This document shows, piece by piece, positions 38,081-40,000 of a stretch of DNA of 40,000 nt. The DNA lies in the NCBI GenBank assembly GCA_015272325.1, contig JACYLU010000028.1, positions 259,294-299,293 on the forward strand, given 5' to 3'. Position 1 is the stretch's first letter. Each line of letters begins with the position of its first letter. The translations under genes and the position numbers were made by a program. The notes under the pieces are model-generated. The model was not told where the DNA came from. It did not search any database and worked only from the letters and a program-made list of their open reading frames with translations. This stretch comes from Synechococcales cyanobacterium C42_A2020_086. Its GTDB lineage: Bacteria > Cyanobacteriota > Cyanobacteriia > Elainellales > Elainellaceae.

Positions 38081-38202
38081 AAGTTTTAGTTTTCCTCCTT
38101 TTTCCTATATTTTGAATTTCATAAAATTCACCATAAAAAGCTAGATCGAAATCCTAAATAAAATCTTAAATCAAATTCACCCCGAACTTACAAGCCAATA
38201 TT

Positions 38203-39580
38203 CCTCTTTCATCACATTAGGGGAGAATAATTAAACTGAAAGAGTGACTCTACCAAACTACTCCAGTTATGGTTGAACCTCGTGAGGCTTGTCCTACCCT
38301 CCGTTTTGTTGACGAGTATTGTGACTGGTATGCTCCTCTATTTCCAGAGGTGAGAAGCTTCGAAGCCTTCAAATATTTGCATGTGGGCATGATTTCAGAC
38401 CTCAAACGCAAAACATTACCTGCCATCGCTCGCACTGTCGGATTAGACAATGAACAAGGATGACATCATCTATTAACTAAATCTCCCTGGTCAGTGGCTC
38501 GATTGCGGCAAACTCGACTGAAACGGATTTTGCAATTGGTCAATGGGCAACGGATAATCTTGTTGATTGACGAAACCGGAGATTGCAAGAAGGGCAATCA
38601 TACTGATTACGTCAAACGACAATACATCGGTAACGTGGGCAAGCAGGAAAATGGCATTGTTGCGGTCACTGCTTATGGGCTGTTCCAGGGCATGATTTTG
38701 CCATTGTGCTTTGAAGTCTACAAACCCAAAGACCGACTCAAAGCAGAAGATGAATACCACACTAAACCAGAAATTGCCGCAGCAATGATTCGGGAATTAA
38801 CCGCAATGGGATTTCGCCTTGAACTGGTACTGGCAGACAGTCTCTATGGCAAGAGTCTCAGTGTCTTAGAGTCGCACCAGTTGCCTTACATCGTAGCGAT
38901 TCGCTCGAATCACGGGGTGTGGATGCCCCAAGACCAGGAGATGACCCACCAGCCGTGGCAAGCGTTTACTCGTACTTTCAGCAATGGGGAAACCGAAGTG
39001 CGTTATCGCCAGGAGGTTATCTTTGGTAGTCGTCGCAGCCGTCGCTATTGGTTGTTGACGACTGACCCAGAAACCTTACCCGATAACTCAACGGTGTATG
39101 TGATGAGCAATGCTCCTGAGGTGAAACTGGATGAGATTGGCGATGCTTATGGCGAGAGAACTTGGATTGAGTATGGACTCAAGCAGAGCAAGGATGCGTT
39201 AGGGTGGGCAGACTTTCGAGTCACTGACTACAAGCAGATTGAGCGCTGGTGGGAAATTGTCATGAGTGCATTCACAATGGTGAGTTTGTTTGCTGATGCG
39301 TTCAACCAGGAATGTCCCCTATCGCATCAAGTATTTGCTCGACATCCGTGGTGGAACCATCAGAGGGGGTGGAAGAATCTACTGAACAATTTGCGTCTGG
39401 TCATTGAACCGTGGATTAGCTTCAACCGATTGAAACGATGGTTAGAGGTGTTTGAAATTCCAGACTTAGCACGAGGATTTTCCCAATTGATTGAGCAGAT
39501 GCAACAGTTTTACTGTCCGGTTGTTCACGATCTATTCCTGCGTCGCATCTTATTTAACTCTGCTTAAATGATGAAAGAGG
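38203..39580 (+). mobile_element. IS701/IS4-like insertion sequence, probably inactive
   Basis: Terminal inverted repeats are CCTCTTTCATCA at 38203-38214 and its complement TGATGAAAGAGG at 39569-39580. A single DDE transposase frame lies between them. No clear target duplication is visible. Confidence 0.7.
38269..39567 (+). pseudogene. IS701-family DDE transposase interrupted by an in-frame TGA
   Basis: ...TLPAIARTVGLDNEQG, then TGA at 38461-38463, then HHLLTKSPWSVARLRQ...LLIDETGDCKKG...LADSLYG...VAIRSNHGVW in the same frame. This is the conserved IS701 transposase order. Confidence 0.75.
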
Positions 39581-40000
39581 GTTATCTTTGTGGCAGATGG
39601 TTTACGTCCCACTTCAGTGAATGCTGAAGATACACCAAATCTCCATCAAATTCAGCAGGAAGGAGTTCAGTTTGCTAACAGTCATTCATTATTTCCCACT
39701 TTCACGACATCGAATGCTTCGGCGATTGCTACAGGACATTATTTAGGAGACACAGGAGATTTTAGTAACACGATTGATGTAGGCGTTCCTGTTAAGGCAG
39801 CTAACGGCAGCCGAGTTCCTTTCTTGGAAAACAATGCGGTACTTGAGGAAATCAACGAGCGTTTTAATGGCAACTATTTGGGCGAAGAGAGTCTGTTGGA
39901 AATCGCTCGTGCCGCTGGGTTCAGCACTGCTGCCGTAGGGAAGGTCGGTCCAGTTTCCATTCAGGTATTACCCAACGTACTGGAGAACCCACTATTGTAA
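39581..40000 (+). CDS. alkaline-phosphatase-superfamily phosphodiesterase/nucleotide pyrophosphatase-like protein, 5'-truncated at the IS junction and running off the window
   Basis: VIFVADGLRP...TPNL...GV.F..S.SLFPTFTTSNASAIATGHY is the N-terminal metal-site region of type I phosphodiesterase-like enzymes. The conserved DGLR strand starts at the first base after the IS. No signal peptide or ATG is available, only an internal GTG at 39590. Confidence 0.55.
   Translation, partial: VIFVADGLRPTSVNAEDTPNLHQIQQEGVQFANSHSLFPTFTTSNASAIATGHYLGDTGDFSNTIDVGVPVKAANGSRVPFLENNAVLEEINERFNGNYLGEESLLEIARAAGFSTAAVGKVGPVSIQVLPNVLENPLL

Noticed and set aside
38041-38120. Short tandem repeats considered as a CRISPR or minisatellite array
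   Set aside because: There are only two 10-bp copies with no spacers of CRISPR size. No cas genes and no repeat-spacer periodicity occur anywhere in the window.
17380-38202. Classical integrative element (integrase plus tRNA attachment site) or prophage
   Set aside because: No tyrosine or serine recombinase, no tRNA gene, no flanking direct repeats and no phage structural genes were found. Only unrelated decayed IS elements flank the island.

Overview
All calls rest on motif reading and remembered family signatures, because no database search could be run. The window looks cyanobacterial: it carries psb27, a TamB/TIC236-type giant protein and HIP1 octamers. It splits into three parts.

(1) 1-10.9 kb is high-GC housekeeping DNA: murQ, a DUF3110-like gene, a tamB-like gene, an MsbA-like ABC exporter, a GPH/MFS symporter and psb27.

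(2) 10.9-15.5 kb is a minus-strand copper cluster: a CopZ-like chaperone, a P1B-type Cu ATPase, a membrane cupredoxin, a DUF305/CopM-like protein and an orphan receiver.

(3) 15.6-39.6 kb is an accessory region bounded by decayed insertion sequences. An IS256 remnant carrying a nested IS3-family copy sits on the left and an IS701-like copy on the right. They enclose a low-GC island of about 20 kb (17.4-38.2 kb).

The island is the main result and holds two gene sets:
- A 7-deazaguanine DNA-modification set: queD-queE-queC, a large DpdA/TGT-like fusion protein, a second short TGT-like paralogue, a DGQHR/DndB-family protein and a PD-(D/E)xK protein.
- A tightly overlapping six-gene operon: RHH regulator, NurA-like nuclease, HerA-like ATPase, a 1656-aa DEAH helicase with a DUF1998-type Cys cluster, a PLD-like nuclease and a TPR/DUF2325-like protein.

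I read this as a Dpd/DISARM-like modification-dependent defence island with an effector combination I do not recognise as a described system. The island contains no methyltransferase, integrase, CRISPR array, rRNA or tRNA.
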